A DNA stretch of 64,000 nucleotides. It comes from Mobula hypostoma. Taxonomy: Eukaryota. Both the position numbers and the translations under genes were made by a program. The notes beneath the pieces are model-generated. The model was not told where the DNA came from, searched no databases, and saw only the letters and a program-made list of their open reading frames with translations. Numbering within the stretch: position 1 is the stretch's first letter; every line of letters starts with the position of its first letter. Shown here one piece after another: positions 1-13,080 of the stretch. Where the stretch lies: contig NC_086097.1 of assembly GCF_963921235.1 (NCBI RefSeq), positions 55,182,001-55,246,000 on the forward strand, in the 5' to 3' direction.

Positions 1-145
1 GAGTCGGACTGTGGTCGGATGCTTCCGGGATGCTGCATCAGCAATTTGGCGGCGCTGGAGGTTTACCATCTGCATGAGATGATGGGACTTTCGAGAAACT
101 TTGAGATTTTACCGTGCCATGGTCTGTTCTTATCAAATTACGGTA

Positions 146-820
146 CAGGTTTCCCCCGCCATCCGAAGGTAGAGCGTTCCTATGAAACGGTTCGTAAGCC
201 GGAATGTCGTAAAGCGAAGAAGCAATTACCATTTATTTATATGGGAAAATTTTGGGAGCGTTCGCAGACCCAAAAATAACCTAGCAAATCATGCCAAGTA
301 ACACATAAAACCTAAAATAACAGTAACATGTAGTAAAAGCAGGAATGATATGATGAATACACAGCCTATATAAAGTAGAAATACTTTTCCACAATCATTG
401 CGCACTGTTCTCCGTAGCAAAAATCTCACGCAAGCGCTCTCGGCAAAAACACGGCACAAGCGCTGTCCAGTAACCTTTAAGCTATGAAGCTGCCAAATCA
501 TACCAAATAACACGTAAAAATACACAGCCTATATAAAGTAGAAATAATGTATGTACAGTGTAGTATCACTTACAGGAATCGGGAAGACAGCGCCGAGCAC
601 ACTGATGATGATGTGTGAGGCTGAGTCGTCGGAGGTTGGGGTGGTGCAGTGGCCCCCACCCTCCGGGCAGCGACCCGATACTGATCCGCGAAGCATGCAG
701 GGGTATAGTGGTAGCCGGGATGCACACAGCACATCTTTAAGAAAAAAGCCGAAATGAACAAGCTAATTGATTAGGTGCCGCCTGGCACGTAATTGTCGAC
801 CCAGATCAGAGACGATTCGC
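146..820. mobile_element. Tigger/pogo-like DNA transposon end fragment
   Basis: Begins TA|CAGGTTTCCCCCGCCATCCGAAGG (Tigger-type terminus after TA); internal direct repeats AATACACAGCCTATATAAAGTAGAAATA at 356-383 and 519-546; second terminus not seen. Confidence 0.5.
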
Positions 821-3800
821 CGTAACCCTCTATTTTTCTTTCATCCATGTGCCTATCCAAGAGGCTCTGAAATACCCCTAACGTTTTAGCCTCCATCACC
901 ATCCCTGACAAGTCATTTCCAGGCACCCACAACCCTCTGTTTATAAAAGAAAAAACAACTTACCCCTGATGTCTCCCCTAAACTTCCCGCTTTAACTTTG
1001 TACATATGCCCTCTGGTGTTTGCTATTCATGCCCTGAGAAACAGGTACGGGCTATCCACCCTATCTATGCCTCTCATAATCTTGTAGACCTCTATCAAGT
1101 CCCCTCTCATCCTTCTACGCTCCAAAGAGAAAAGTCCCAACTCTTTAGAACTTGCCTCATAAGTCTTGTTTTCCAATCCAGGCAACATCCTGGTGAATCT
1201 CCTCTGCACCCTCTTCATAGCTTCCACATCCTTCCTATAATGAGGTGACCAGAACTGAACACAATACTCTTAAGTGTGGTCTCACCAGAGATTTGTAGAG
1301 TTCCAACATGACCTCTCTACTCATGAACTCAATCCCCCTATTCATGAAGCCGAGCATCCCATAGGCCTTCTTAACTATCCTATCAACCTGTGCAGCGACC
1401 TTGAGGGATGTATGGATTTGGACCCCAAGGTCCCTCTGTTCGTCCACACTCTTAAATAACCGACCATTAACCCTGTACTCAGCCTTCTGGTTTGTCCTTC
1501 CAAAATGCATCACCTCACACTTACCGGGATTGAACTCCATCTGCCACTTTCCTGCCCAACTCTGCATTCTGTCTATATCCTCTTGTAACCTTCAACATCC
1601 TACAGCTCCATCCACAACTCCTCCAATCTTCGTGTCATCTTCAAACTTACCCATCCTTCCACCTCTTCATCCAGGTCATTTATAAAAATCACAAAGAGCA
1701 GGAGTCCCAGGACAGATCCTTGCGGCACTCCACTCATCACCGACCTCCAGGCAGAATATTTTCCTTCCACTACTACCCTCTGCTTTCTTCCTTTAAGCCA
1801 ATTTTTTATCCAAACAGCCAAGGTTCCACTGATCCCATGCCTCATGGCTTTCTGGATGAGTCTCTCGTGGGGGACCTTGTCAAATGCCTTGCTAAAATCC
1901 ATGTAGACCACATCTACCACCCTACCCTCATCAATTTCTTTTGTTACCTCTTCAAAAAACTCAATTAGGCTCATGAGGCATGACCTTCCCTTCACAAAGC
2001 CATGTTGACTATCCTTAAGTAGACTGTACTTCTCCAAATCCTCGTAGATCCTATCCTTAAGAATCCTTTCCAATAATTTGCAGACCACCGACGTAAGACT
2101 CACCAGTCTATAGTTCCCAGGATTCTCCCTATTACTTTTTTTAAACAAGGGAACTACATTTACCATTCTCCAATCCTCTGGCACCTCTCGTGCAGCCAAA
2201 GAGGATTCAAAGATCATAGCTACTGCTCCAGCGATCTCTTCTCTCACTTCCCATAGCAACCTGGGGTATATCGCGTCCGGCCTGGGGACTTATCAATCTT
2301 GATGTTTTTAAGAAGATCCAATGCTTCTTCCTTAATCTCCACATTGTCCAGCACACAGGCCTGTTCTATTTCGATCTCACCCTGATCAAGGTCCTTTTCA
2401 CTTGTGAATACTGAAGCAAAATATTCATTTAGGACCTCCCCAAACTCCTCCGCCTCCAGGCACATGTTGCCTTCTTTATCCTTTAGTGGCCCCACCTTCA
2501 TTCTTGTCATCCTTCTGTTCTTCACATACGCATAGAACTCCTTGGGGTTCTCCTTCATCCTACATGCCAAGTCCTTTTCATGCCCCCTTCGTGCTCTCCG
2601 AAGTCCTTTCTTAAGCTTCTTTCTGGCTACCCTATATTTCTCATGAGCCCCCCGCTTCCTGCTGCTTATATCTAACATATGCTTCCTTCTTCCTCCTGAC
2701 GAGTTGCCTCACATGTTTTGTCAGCTATGGTTCCCTTTTCCTACCAGTTTTTCCTTGTCTCAGTAGGACAAACCTATCCTGAACCCAGCACAAGTGGTCC
2801 CTACACTTCCTCCTCATTACTTCTGTGCTTTCACCCTTGAACATCTACAATTTACTCCACTAGTTCCTGCCTCATCCCTTCATAGTTAGCCCTTCCACAG
2901 TTAAACACTTTCCCATTTTGTCTGTTTTTATCCTTTTCCACAGCTATACGACCAAGAGGTCTGCCACCTGACCAGATTCATTACCCTGAACTAGATCCAG
3001 TATGGCCTCTCCTCTCATCGACCGGTCCACATACTGTGTCAGGAATCCTTCTTGAACACACCTGACAAATTCAGCCCCATCTATTCCCCTTGCGGTCAGG
3101 AGCTGCCAGTCAATATGAGAGAAGTTGAAATCACTCATAACTACAACCCTGTATTTCCTGCACCATTCTAAAATCTGCATGCTTGTTTGCTCTTCGGTGT
3201 CCGGAGGGCTATTTGGGGGCCTATAAACTACTCCCAGCACAGTGATTGATCCCTTCCTATTTCTGACTTCTACCCACACCAACTCAATGGACATTCCCTC
3301 TGCAGCTCCTCCCTTTCTATAGCCGTGATACTATCCCTGACCAGTAATGCTACTTCCATTCCCCCCTTTTCTACCTCCCATCCTATTCCTTTTAAAACAC
3401 CTAAACCCCGGTAGCTGCATAAGCCAATCCTGCCCTTCCTCCAGCCAAGTTTCAGTAATGGCCACAACATTGTAGTTCCACATACTAATCCATGCTCTAA
3501 GTTCATCCCCTTTATTCCTAATACTCCTAGCGTTGAAATAGACGCATTTCAACCCCTCTAACTGGCTACATTTATGTTTCGTCCCCTGCTTGTCCTTCCT
3601 CACCGACTCAGAACACACAGCATCATGCCCTTGTCCTTCTACCCTAATCTCTGCACTCACATTCTGATTCCCACCCCCCTGCCAAACTAGTTTAAACCCT
3701 CCCCAATAGCTCTATAAACCCGCCCGCCAGGATATTGGTCCCTTTCCAGTTCAGGTGCAGCCCGTCCTTTTTGTACAGGTCAGACGTTCCCCAGAAGAGA

Positions 3801-4015
3801 TCCCAATGATCCAGAAATCTGAACTCCTGCCCCTTGCACCAACTCTTCAGCCACGCATTCATCTGCCATAACTTCCTGCTCCTACCCTCTCTGTCTCGTG
3901 GCACAGGCAGCAATCCCAAGATTACCGCCCTTGAGGTCCTGCCTTTTAACTTCTTTCCTAACTCCCTATATTCTTCCTTCAGGACCTCATCCCTACTCCT
4001 ATCTATGTCATTGGT
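821..4015 (-). mobile_element. CR1-clade LINE, long frameshifted copy (ORF1 esterase C-terminal part, APE endonuclease, RT, 3' UTR)
   Basis: Minus ORF fragments in order: VGTNDI...DGLHLN (SGNH/GDSL esterase), CVYFNARSIRNK, VVYRPPN, DFNF (APE), [22 protein letters not shown] (RT), LYKSLVRPHL, LFSLERRRMRGDLIEVYK. Confidence 0.9.
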
Positions 4016-5010
4016 CCCCACTGTGGTCTTACGGTTAGGAAGTTGAGGATCCAATTACAGAGGGAGGTACAGAGGCCCAGGTTTTGCAACTTCTCAATTA
4101 GGATTGTGGGAATGATGGTATTAAATGCTGAGCTATAGTCGATGCTCAGCATTCTGATATAGGTGCGTATGTTGTCTAGGTGGTGAAGAGCCGTGGAGAT
4201 TGCGTCTACTGTTGACCTATTGTGGCGATAGTCCTTGCTGAGGCAGGAGTGCAGTCTAGTCATAACCGACCTCTCAAAGCATTTCATCACTGCAGATGTG
4301 AGTGCTACGGGGCAATAGTCATTAAGGCAGCTCACATTATTCTTCTTAGGCACTGGTATAATCGCTGCCTTTTTGAAGCAAGTGGGAACTTCTGCCAGTA
4401 GCAGTGAGAGGTTAAAAATGTCCTTGAATACTCCTGCCAGTTGGTTGGCACAGGTTTTCAGAGCCTTACCAGGTACTCCATCGAGATTTTCCACCATGTG
4501 AGGATTCACTCTCTTTAAAGACAGTCTAACATCGGCCTCTGAGACAGATCACAGGGTCATCAGGTACAGCAGGGATCTTCACAGCTGTAGTTGTGTTCTC
4601 CCTTTCAAAGCGGGCATAGAAGGTGTTGAGTTCATCTGGTAGTGAAGCATCGCTGCCATTCATGATATTGGGTTTTGCTTTGTAGGAAGTAATGTCTTAC
4701 AGTCCCTGCCAGAGTTGCTGTGCATCTGATATTGCCTCCAACCTTGTTCGAAATTGTCCCTTCACCCTTGAAATAGCCCTCCGCAAATCATACCTGGTTT
4801 TCTGGTACAGGCCTGGGTTGCCGGACTTGAATGCCATAGATCTAGCCTTCAGCAGACGATGTACCTTCTGGTTCATCCATGGCTTTTGGTTTGGGAATGT
4901 ACAGTAAGTCTTTGTAGGCACACGCTCATCCACACAGGTTTTAATGAAGTCAGTAACAACTGCAGCATACTCATCCAGATTCAAAGATGAATCCTTGAAT
5001 ACAGTCCAGT
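4016..5010 (-). mobile_element. Rex1/Babar-type LINE internal fragment
   Basis: ORFs 4697-5032 (FPNQKPWMN) and 4003-4509 ([35 protein letters not shown]). Confidence 0.8.
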
Positions 5011-5188
5011 AATATTGGATAATTTTTCTCAATAAATAAATTAACAGGTATAATGTTTTTGTGTTATTTATTTAATTGGGTTTTCTTTATCTAGTTTTAG
5101 GACGTGTGAAGATCTGATCACAGTTTAGGTCATATTTATGCAGAAATAGAGAAATTCTACAGGGTTCACAAACTTTCTAACACCACTG
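5011..5188. mobile_element. Tc1-like transposon terminal fragment
   Basis: AT-rich segment ending GGGTTCACAAACTTTCTAACACCACTG, typical of a Tc1 terminal inverted repeat. Confidence 0.5.
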
Positions 5189-5767
5189 AAGGTACTTTTC
5201 AGATCTATCCTCTTATTCTATCTTTAGAGAAAGCAATTCCAGCGTTTCTGTCATTATAACTTTAGTTCCCTCATCCCAGGAACCATTCTCATAAATCTTT
5301 ACTGGACTCCTCTCAAATATATTCACATCTGTCCTCCAGTGAAATTATCATTATTACATGCAATATTCCAGTTCAGCTGAATGGTGCTTTATAAAGGTTC
5401 AGTTTGATTTTCCTGATTTTTATATTCTATGTTTCTGTAGAAGTCCAGAATTTTATTCTTTGTTAGCTACTTTATCAATATGATCTATTTAGTACACACA
5501 ACGCCCTAGGTCCTTCTGCTCCTGAACTCACTTTAGTACAGCATTTTATTCTTTCCACCAAAATGCATCATCTTACATTTCTGCATTAAAAGTTCTGTCT
5601 GCCCATTTCATCATATTGTTTATATCCTGCTGTAACTTCTGGCAGTTACCTTGCCAAGTATTGTACATATTTAGAAATGCTCCCCAATAATATCAATTTT
5701 TTTTTAAAACATCTGGTGGACATAACGCCAGTCAGTGGAGAATGCCAGCACTTGCCTTCCTCCAGTC

Positions 5768-5847
5768 CAGGGATTCTCACCCTGGGGTCTACAAACCCTG
5801 TGCCTAGTGGTACTGGTCCTTGGCATAAAAAAGGTTGGGACCCTCTG
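5768..5847. mobile_element. 80-bp hAT (Charlie-like) MITE
   Basis: Imperfect TIRs CAGGGATTCTCACCCT / AGGTTGGGACCCTCTG; 8-bp TSD CTCCAGTC (5760-5767) / CTCTAGTC (5848-5855). Confidence 0.65.
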
Positions 5848-6115
5848 CTCTAGTCCAAAGGAAACATCATATACCACAGCCCCCTGGCTGTTTCCTAGCC
5901 ATGGTCTCATCTATGCTATAAATTCCCCTTTTAGGCCAGATTATTCAACTTTGGTGACTCTCCTATGATGCACTATATCAAAAGCTTAGTGGTGGTTGCA
6001 TGTACCCTCCCTTATCCTTTGTCTCATTGAAACTACGTCACTTTTTATAAACATGCAACAAACCTGTGCTGGCTGTCTCGACTTATTTTCCATTTGATGA
6101 ATAATCCTGTTATAG

Positions 6116-6242
6116 GACCATAGAACACTACAGCACAAAAAAACAAGCTATTTGGCCCTTCTAGTCTGTACCAAATCATTGTTCAGCTAGTCCCATTGAC
6201 CTGCATCCAGTCCATAACCCTCCAGACCTCTCCCATCCGTGT
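6116..6242 (-). mobile_element. CR1 3' UTR, separated from its body (10060-11617) by an RTE insertion
   Basis: CR1-like tail sequence resumes after the duplicated target CCCATCC(G/A)TGT at 10060. Confidence 0.75.
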
Positions 6243-9200
6243 GGTGGTGGCATCCGTTAGTCTCGCGAGACCATGGATCTGCGCCTGGAAAGTCTTGCTT
6301 CAGTCTGTGTTAGAGCAGCATCCGTTGTGGCTGTAGAGTCCCACACGGGAGTGACAGTCTTGGCTGCATCAACCGCACTTGAAGGCGCTGTCCTCCAGTG
6401 TTGACTTGGTGCTGTTTTTCCAACGCTTGCGCTTTTCTTCAGCAGCAAGCCTCAGCTTCTCTTCTCTTTTTAGATCTCTGCGTAGTTCCAGCCTCCAGCG
6501 AGAGCGATCGCTTGCGATATCCTCCCACCTCTCAACGTTCATTTTCAGTGACATCATGTCTCTCTTGCAAACATCTTTGAACCGAAGATGGGGCCACCCT
6601 TGTGCTCTCTTGCCAGAGGCCAGTTCCCCGTACAGCAGGTCTTTCGGGATCCTCCCATCTGATATGCGGTGTACGTGGCCCAGCCAGCGGAGACGGCGTT
6701 GTTGGAGCAGGGTGAAGAGGCTGGATATCTGGGTGTGGGCCAGGACCTCATTGTTGGTGACTCGGTCAGTCCACGCGATGTCCAGGATGCGTCTCAGGCT
6801 GCGAAGGTGGAAGACGTTGAGACGCTGCTCTTGTCTGTAGTAGAGGCTGCCGAAAAGCAGTGTACTGAGGACGCAGGTCCTGTAGACTGCAACTTTGGTG
6901 TGCGTCATCAGCTTTCTGTTCTCCCAGACTCTTGGTCAGCCTGGCGAATGTAGAGACTGCTCGTCCGATCCGTCTGTTGATCTCAGGGTCTAGGGAGAGG
7001 CTGTCCGTGATGGTGGAGCCAAGGTATGTAACCTCGTGAACTACCTTCAGCTCGTAGTTGTTGATGGTAATGGCAGGGGGGTGCTCAACGCCTTGGCCCA
7101 ACATGTTGGTTTTCTTCAGGCTGATGGTCAAGCTGAAGTCCTGGCCGGCTCTTGAGAAGCTGTCCATGAGGCGTTGCAGTTGTTCTTCAGAGTGTGTTGC
7201 CAGTGCCGCATTGTCTGCAAACAACATGTCCCTGATGAGTACTTCACGAACCTTGGTTTTTGCCCTCAGCCGGGACAGACTGAACAGCCTCCCGTCTGAT
7301 CTGGTGTGGAGGTAGACACCATCAGTTGATGTTCCAAAGGCGTGCTTCAGCATGACTGCGAAGAAGATGCCAAACAGGGTGGGGGCAAGCACACAGCCCT
7401 GCTCCACACCGCTGTGGATGTTGAAGGCCTCTGACGAAGAGCCGTCAAACTGAAGGACGCCCTTCATGTCTGTGTGGAATGACTGAACTATCCTGAGGAG
7501 ACTTGGGGGACAACCAATCCTGGCGAGGATTTTGAACAGGCTGTCTCTGCTCACAAGGTCGAAGGTCTTCGTAAGGTCAATGAAAGTGACGTAGAGTGGT
7601 TGTCTTTGCTCTCTGCATTTCTCTTGTAGCTGTCGAAGGGAGAAGATCATGTCGATTGTGGAGTGTTCCGACCTGAAACCGCACTAAGACTCGGGATATA
7701 CTCTGTCAGCTATTTTCTGCGTCTGTTCAGGACCACGCGGGCGAAGACTTTCCCAATGATGCTCAGCAAGGAGATTCCCCTGTAGCTGTTACAGTTGCTT
7801 CTGTCCCCTTTGTCCTTATATAGGGTGACAATATTGCAGTCTCTCATGTCTTGCGGCACTGCTCCCTCTGTCCAGCACTGGCACAGTAGTTCGTGCAGGT
7901 GGTTTAGCAGGATGCCCTTTGCGCATTTGATGGCCTCTGGTGGAATGCCATCCAATCCTGGTGCCTTCCCAGTGGGCAGGCTGTCGATGGCTTTACTCAG
8001 CTCTTTGGCAGTCGGCAATGCATCAAGTTCCTCCATGACAGGCAGGCATTCCACGGCGTCCAGCGCGCTATCCAAGATGCTGTTTTCTCTGGAGAAGAGT
8101 TCAGAGTAATGCTCCATCCATTTCTCTATCTGCTTGCCTTTGTCATTGATGGTCTCACCTGTTATGGTTTTCAATGGTGCTGTCTTGCTCTGGGTTGGCC
8201 CGATGGCTTTCTTGATCCTCTCGTACACTCCACGGATATTGCCTGTGTCAAATGATGACTGAATGCTTTCTCATAGTTGTAGCCAGTAGTTATTTGCACA
8301 GCGTCTGGCTGTTTCCTGGGCCTTGCTTCTTGCTGTCCTGAGCGCTTACAGTGTTGCCTGGGTGGGGTGGCATTTGTGCTCTAGTAATGCAACACGCTTC
8401 ACCTCGATGACAGGTGAGCTTACTTGAGCTCGCTTCAAACCAATCCTTTGTCTTGGCCCGTTTCTTCCCGAAGGCCTTGAGGGCAGTGCTGTGGATAGTG
8501 TCCCTGAGAGAATCCCATCTCTGCTGAGCCTCTCCTTCTGGTGGGTCTGCAAGGAGGGCATCCTCCAGTGACTTGATGAACTCTGCAGCTTTGTCTGGGT
8601 GTTGTGTCTTACTGGCATCCATGCGCTGCTTGCCTGGAGGCTTGGCGCAGTGCATCTTCTTCAGCCGAAGTCTGATCTTGCAGCAAACCAGAGAGTGATC
8701 CGTGTCGCAGTCGGCACTCTGAAAGGAGTGAGTCATGACGGCGTCTTGTGATTATCAGGTCGAGCTGGTGCCAGTGTTTGGAGCGGGGATGCCGGCACGA
8801 CACTTTGTGCTGAGCTTTGGTCTGGAAGTAGGTGTGGGTGACACACAATTCGTGGAGCATGCAAAGCTCGAGCAGTCGTTGCGCGTTGTCATTCATGCTG
8901 CCAATCCCATACCGCCCCAGGCAGCTTGGCCAGGAGTCGTGGTTGGCACCCACTCTGGCGTTGAAATCGCCAAGTAGCAGCAACTGTTCCTGACTTGGGA
9001 TCTCCTGTATCATTGTTGAGAGCTGGTCGTAGAACTTGTCGTTTGTGTCTTGTGCAGAGTAGAGGGTTGGGGCATAGACGCTGACAATGTTGACAGGCCC
9101 GTTGGATGTATGGAGTCGAAGTGAGAAAACCCGCTCTGTCCCTTTCTCACTAGGCTCTACCATCTTCAGTAGCAAGTTTTTCACAGCAAAGCCAACACCA

Positions 9201-10059
9201 TGCTCTCTGGTCTCGTCTGAGCCCTTCCCCTGCCAGAAGAAGGTATAGTCTCTCTCATGTAGGGTTCCCGATTCTGCGAGAAGTGTCTCTTGGAGCATTG
9301 TGATATCTACTTGGAGTCTTGACAGTTCATTATTAATCACTGCTGTCTTGCGTGTGCCGCTGATCTCCCGAAGGTCATCTGATATACCAGTTGTCATGGT
9401 CCGTATATTCCAGCATCCTAGTCTGAGTGCTGGCTTCTTTCTTTGTCTTCTAGTTGTGCTTGGTGCAGCGTTTACAGTCCGCAGTTCGGGCTACTTGTAT
9501 CCCTAAGCCCCACGCACCCAGTGGAGCGGGCGGACTGGGGTGGGACAGCACCTAATTGGCTGGGGGCTGCCCTGCTTGAGGCGGCCGGTAGCTGTCCAGT
9601 GAGACGCACTGGTCTCTCTCTCCGTCGAGAGCAACCCCTGGCGCCTTGCTCTACGCTAGTCGAGCACAGGCTTATAACCGGTAGACTGCTGCTTTCCTTG
9701 TTGTGCCGTCGCGGTGAGGCGACGTTGGAGTGTCCTCTCCAGGGCGCAGGCCTGGGCAAGGTTGTATGGAAGACTGGCAGTTGCCTATGCTGCACGTCTC
9801 CCCTCTCCACAACACCGATGTTGTCCAAGGGAAGGGCAAGGGCCGATACTGCTTGGCACCAGTGTCGTCACAGGAGTTGCCAGAACGAGGTTGAAGGCAA
9901 CGTCGGACTGCCTTAGGGACTCCAGCTCCGGATTTGTCCTCAGGGTTTTCTCCCGAAACCTTTTCCATCAGTGGGTATGGCCGCAAGGCAGCGGAGGTTT
10001 GAAATAAGAGTTTCCCTCTCTTAGATGGACTGCCTTCCCAGGCTGACGAGCTCCATCTA
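6243..10059 (-). mobile_element. RTE-clade LINE, near full length, frameshifted (5' UTR, APE, RT, (CCA)n tail)
   Basis: Minus ORFs: LQET, GVGFAVK, SVYAPT, LLGDFNARVG (APE); YRGISLLSIIGK, FIDLTKTFD, QGCVLAPTLF, LFADNA (RT); RRLRWLGHVHR, RIPKDLLYGEL; 11-bp TSD CCCATCCGTGT (6232-6242) / CCCATCCATGT (10060-10070). Confidence 0.92.
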
Positions 10060-11617
10060 CCCATCCATGTACCTATCAAATTTATTCTTAAAACTTAAGA
10101 GTGAGCCCGCATTTACCATGTCAGATGGCAGCTCGTTCCACACTCCCACCACTCTGAGTGAAGAAGTTCCCCCTGAACCTTTCCCCTTTCACCCTAAAGC
10201 CATGTCCTCTTGTATTTATCTCTCTTAATCTAAGCGGAAAGAGCCTATTCAAATTTACTCTGTCTATACCCCTTATAATTTTGTAAACCTCTTATCAAAT
10301 CTCCCCTCATTCTTCTACGCTTCAAGGAATAAAGTCCTAACCTGTTCAATCTTTCCCTGTAGCTCAACTCCTGAAGATCCGGCAACATCCTAGTAAATCT
10401 TCTCTGCACTCTTTCAATCTTACTGATATCCTTCCTATAGTTAGGTGACCAGAACTGTACACAATATTCCAAATTTGGCCTCACCAATGTTTTGTACAAC
10501 CTCCCCATAACATCCCAACTCCTATACTCATACTTTTGATTTATGAATGCCAGGATGCCGAAAGCCTTCTTTACAACCCTGTCTACCTGTGACAGCACTT
10601 TCAGGGAATTATGTATCTGAACTCCCAGATCTCTTTGTTCCTCCGCACTCCTCAGTGCCCTACCATTTACTGTATATGTCCTACCTTGATTTGTCCTTCC
10701 AAAATGCAACACCTCATACTTGTCTGCAATAAATTCCATCTGCCATTTTCTGGCCCATTTTTCCAGTTAGTCCAGATCCCTCTGCAAGCTTTGAAAACCT
10801 TCCTCGCTGTCCACAACGCCTCCAATCTTAGTGTCATCAGCAAACTTGCTGATCCAATTTACCACATTATTATCTAGATCGTTGATATAGACAACAAACA
10901 ACAATGGTCCCAGCACAGATCCTTGAGGCACACCACTAGTCACGAGCCTCCAGTCCGATAAGCAATCATCCACTACCACTCTCTGTCTTCTCCCACACAG
11001 CCAATTTCGAATCCAGTTTACAACCTCTCCATGGATACCTAGTATCTGAACTTTCTGAACTAACTTCCCATGTGGGACCTTGTCAAAGGCCTTACTAAAG
11101 TCCATGTAGACAACATCCACAGCCTTTCCTTTGTCTACTTTCTTGGTAACCTCAAAACTCTACAAGATTCGTTAAACACGATCTACCGCGCACAAAGCCA
11201 CACTGACTATCCTTACTTAGCCCTTGGCTGTCCAAATACTTGTATATCCGATCTCTCAGAACACCTTCCAATAATTTACCTGCTATTGATGTCAGGCTCA
11301 CCGGCCTGTAATTACCTGGTTTATCTTTGGAGCCTTTTTTAAACAACGGAATAACATGAGCTACCCTCCAATCCTCCAACACCGTACCTGTGGCTAAGAA
11401 CATTTTAAATATTTCTGCCAGGACCCCTGCAATTTCTGCACTAGTCTCTCTCAAGGTCCAAGGAAGTATCATGTCAGGCCTGGGGGATTTATCTACCTTT
11501 ATTCGCTGTAAGGCAGCAAGCACCTCCTCCTCTTTAATCTCTATAAGTTCCATGATACTGCTGCTTGTTTCCTTTCCTTCCATATAGACTGTGCCAATTT
11601 CCTGGGTAAATAATGAT
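10060..11617 (-). mobile_element. CR1-clade LINE, 5'-truncated (RT and C-terminus)
   Basis: ORFs 11152-11583, 10767-11120 ([17 protein letters not shown]), 10245-10739 (LVRPNLEYCVQFWSP). Confidence 0.9.
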
Positions 11618-12111
11618 GTTATCGATCACTTTTTCTGAAGCATTCCCACCATTGAGGTTCAACCAACTTGCTCATTTGCAGGGCTATTCCTTGTTTCTTT
11701 TTGCTGAATAAATGAGTATTGTTCACCCCTGCAGTCCTTTGCACTAACACCTTACTTGGAGAGCACCGAAAAGTTATAGCCAATGCCCCTAAGATTTATT
11801 GACTTGGTAACCCTGTTGAGAGTCCCTGTATGCCATTACATATAGCTGTTTTCAGCTCTTTGGGTGCAAAGGACTTTAGCGCTGGGGTAAGAATTCTGGT
11901 CTCCAGTATTTCATTTTGGGTGGCAACAGGGCCTCTGCTGGTGCTGGCTATAAAAACAGCGAGTGTTTTGATGTCTCATGTAAATATTTATAACAATAAA
12001 TAAAATTAAGTTCTATATTATAGGTAGAAAGTTCCCTTCTTGGAGGTGAGATTCCTTCTTGCATCATCCTCAAACAGCCATCCCTTTATCCCCAGGTGTG
12101 GCTCTGGTTTA

Positions 12112-13080
12112 AGGCCATCAGACAGAAGAGCAGATTTAGGCCATTCAACCCATAGAATCAGCTTTCCCTCTCAATTCCACTCTCCTGCTTTCTCTCCGTA
12201 ATCTTTGAAACCCTGACTAATCAAGAACTTTTCAACCTCCACTTGAACTATACTCAATCTCCTGGTTTCCAAAGCTTTCTGTGGCAATAATACCCACATA
12301 ATCATCACCCTCTGGCTACAGAAATTCCTTTTCTTCTCTGTTCTAAATGGATGTCCCTCTACTCTGAGGCAGTACCCTCTGGACCTAGACTCCCCTACTA
12401 CAGGAAACATCCGCTCCACACTCACTCCAGCTTGGCCTTTCAATATTCAAGAGGGTTCAATGAGATCTCCTCCTCCCCCCCCCCCCCATTCTTTTGAACT
12501 CCAGTGAGTACAGGCCCAGAACCATCAAATGCTCCTCGTACATTAGTCATTTCGTTCCTGGAATCATTCTCATGAACCTCCTCGATCCTCTCCAAAGACA
12601 GTACATCTTTTATTAGATAAGGTGCCCAAAACTGCTCTCAATACTCCAAGTGTGGTCTGACCAACGCTTTATAAAGTCTCAGCGTTACATACTTGCTTTT
12701 ATATTCTAGTCCTCTTGAAACAAATGCTAACATTGCGTTTGCCTTTTTTTTAGCCTTCAGCTTAACCTACGTTAACCTTCAGCGAATCCTGCACATGGAC
12801 TCCCATTCCCTTTGCACCTCAGATTTCTTTGAACTTCCTCCCTGCATTTTATTCCATCTGCTATTTCTTTGTCCATTCTCCCAACCTTAGTCCACCTGCA
12901 AATTCTGTGCTTCCTCAACACTACCTGTCACTCCACTGACTGTGATATTCTGTGCAGTCTTTGCCACAAAGCCATCAATTCTGTCATCTAAGTCATTGAA
13001 GTATAACTTGAAAAGAAATAGTCCCAATACTAACCCCTACAGAACACCACTAGTCACCGGCAGCCAACCAGAAAAATACT
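12112..13080 (-). mobile_element. CR1 LINE 3' portion, degenerate
   Basis: ORF 12171-12443 resembles the CR1 C-terminus; similar to the copy at 19464-20665. Confidence 0.7.

Noticed and set aside
3692..4054. SGNH/GDSL esterase-like ORF as a host or horizontally acquired gene
   Set aside because: Directly upstream of the CR1 endonuclease on the same strand; the esterase domain is a known CR1 ORF1 component
4003..4060. Rex1-CR1 junction as a chimeric new LINE
   Set aside because: Single occurrence with both parts truncated; 5'-truncated insertion or a deletion explains it
6379..10079. Several 100-157 aa ORFs overlapping the RTE element (e.g. 6379-6840, 9443-9916)
   Set aside because: Antisense or UTR shadow ORFs of GC-rich LINE sequence with no recognisable motifs
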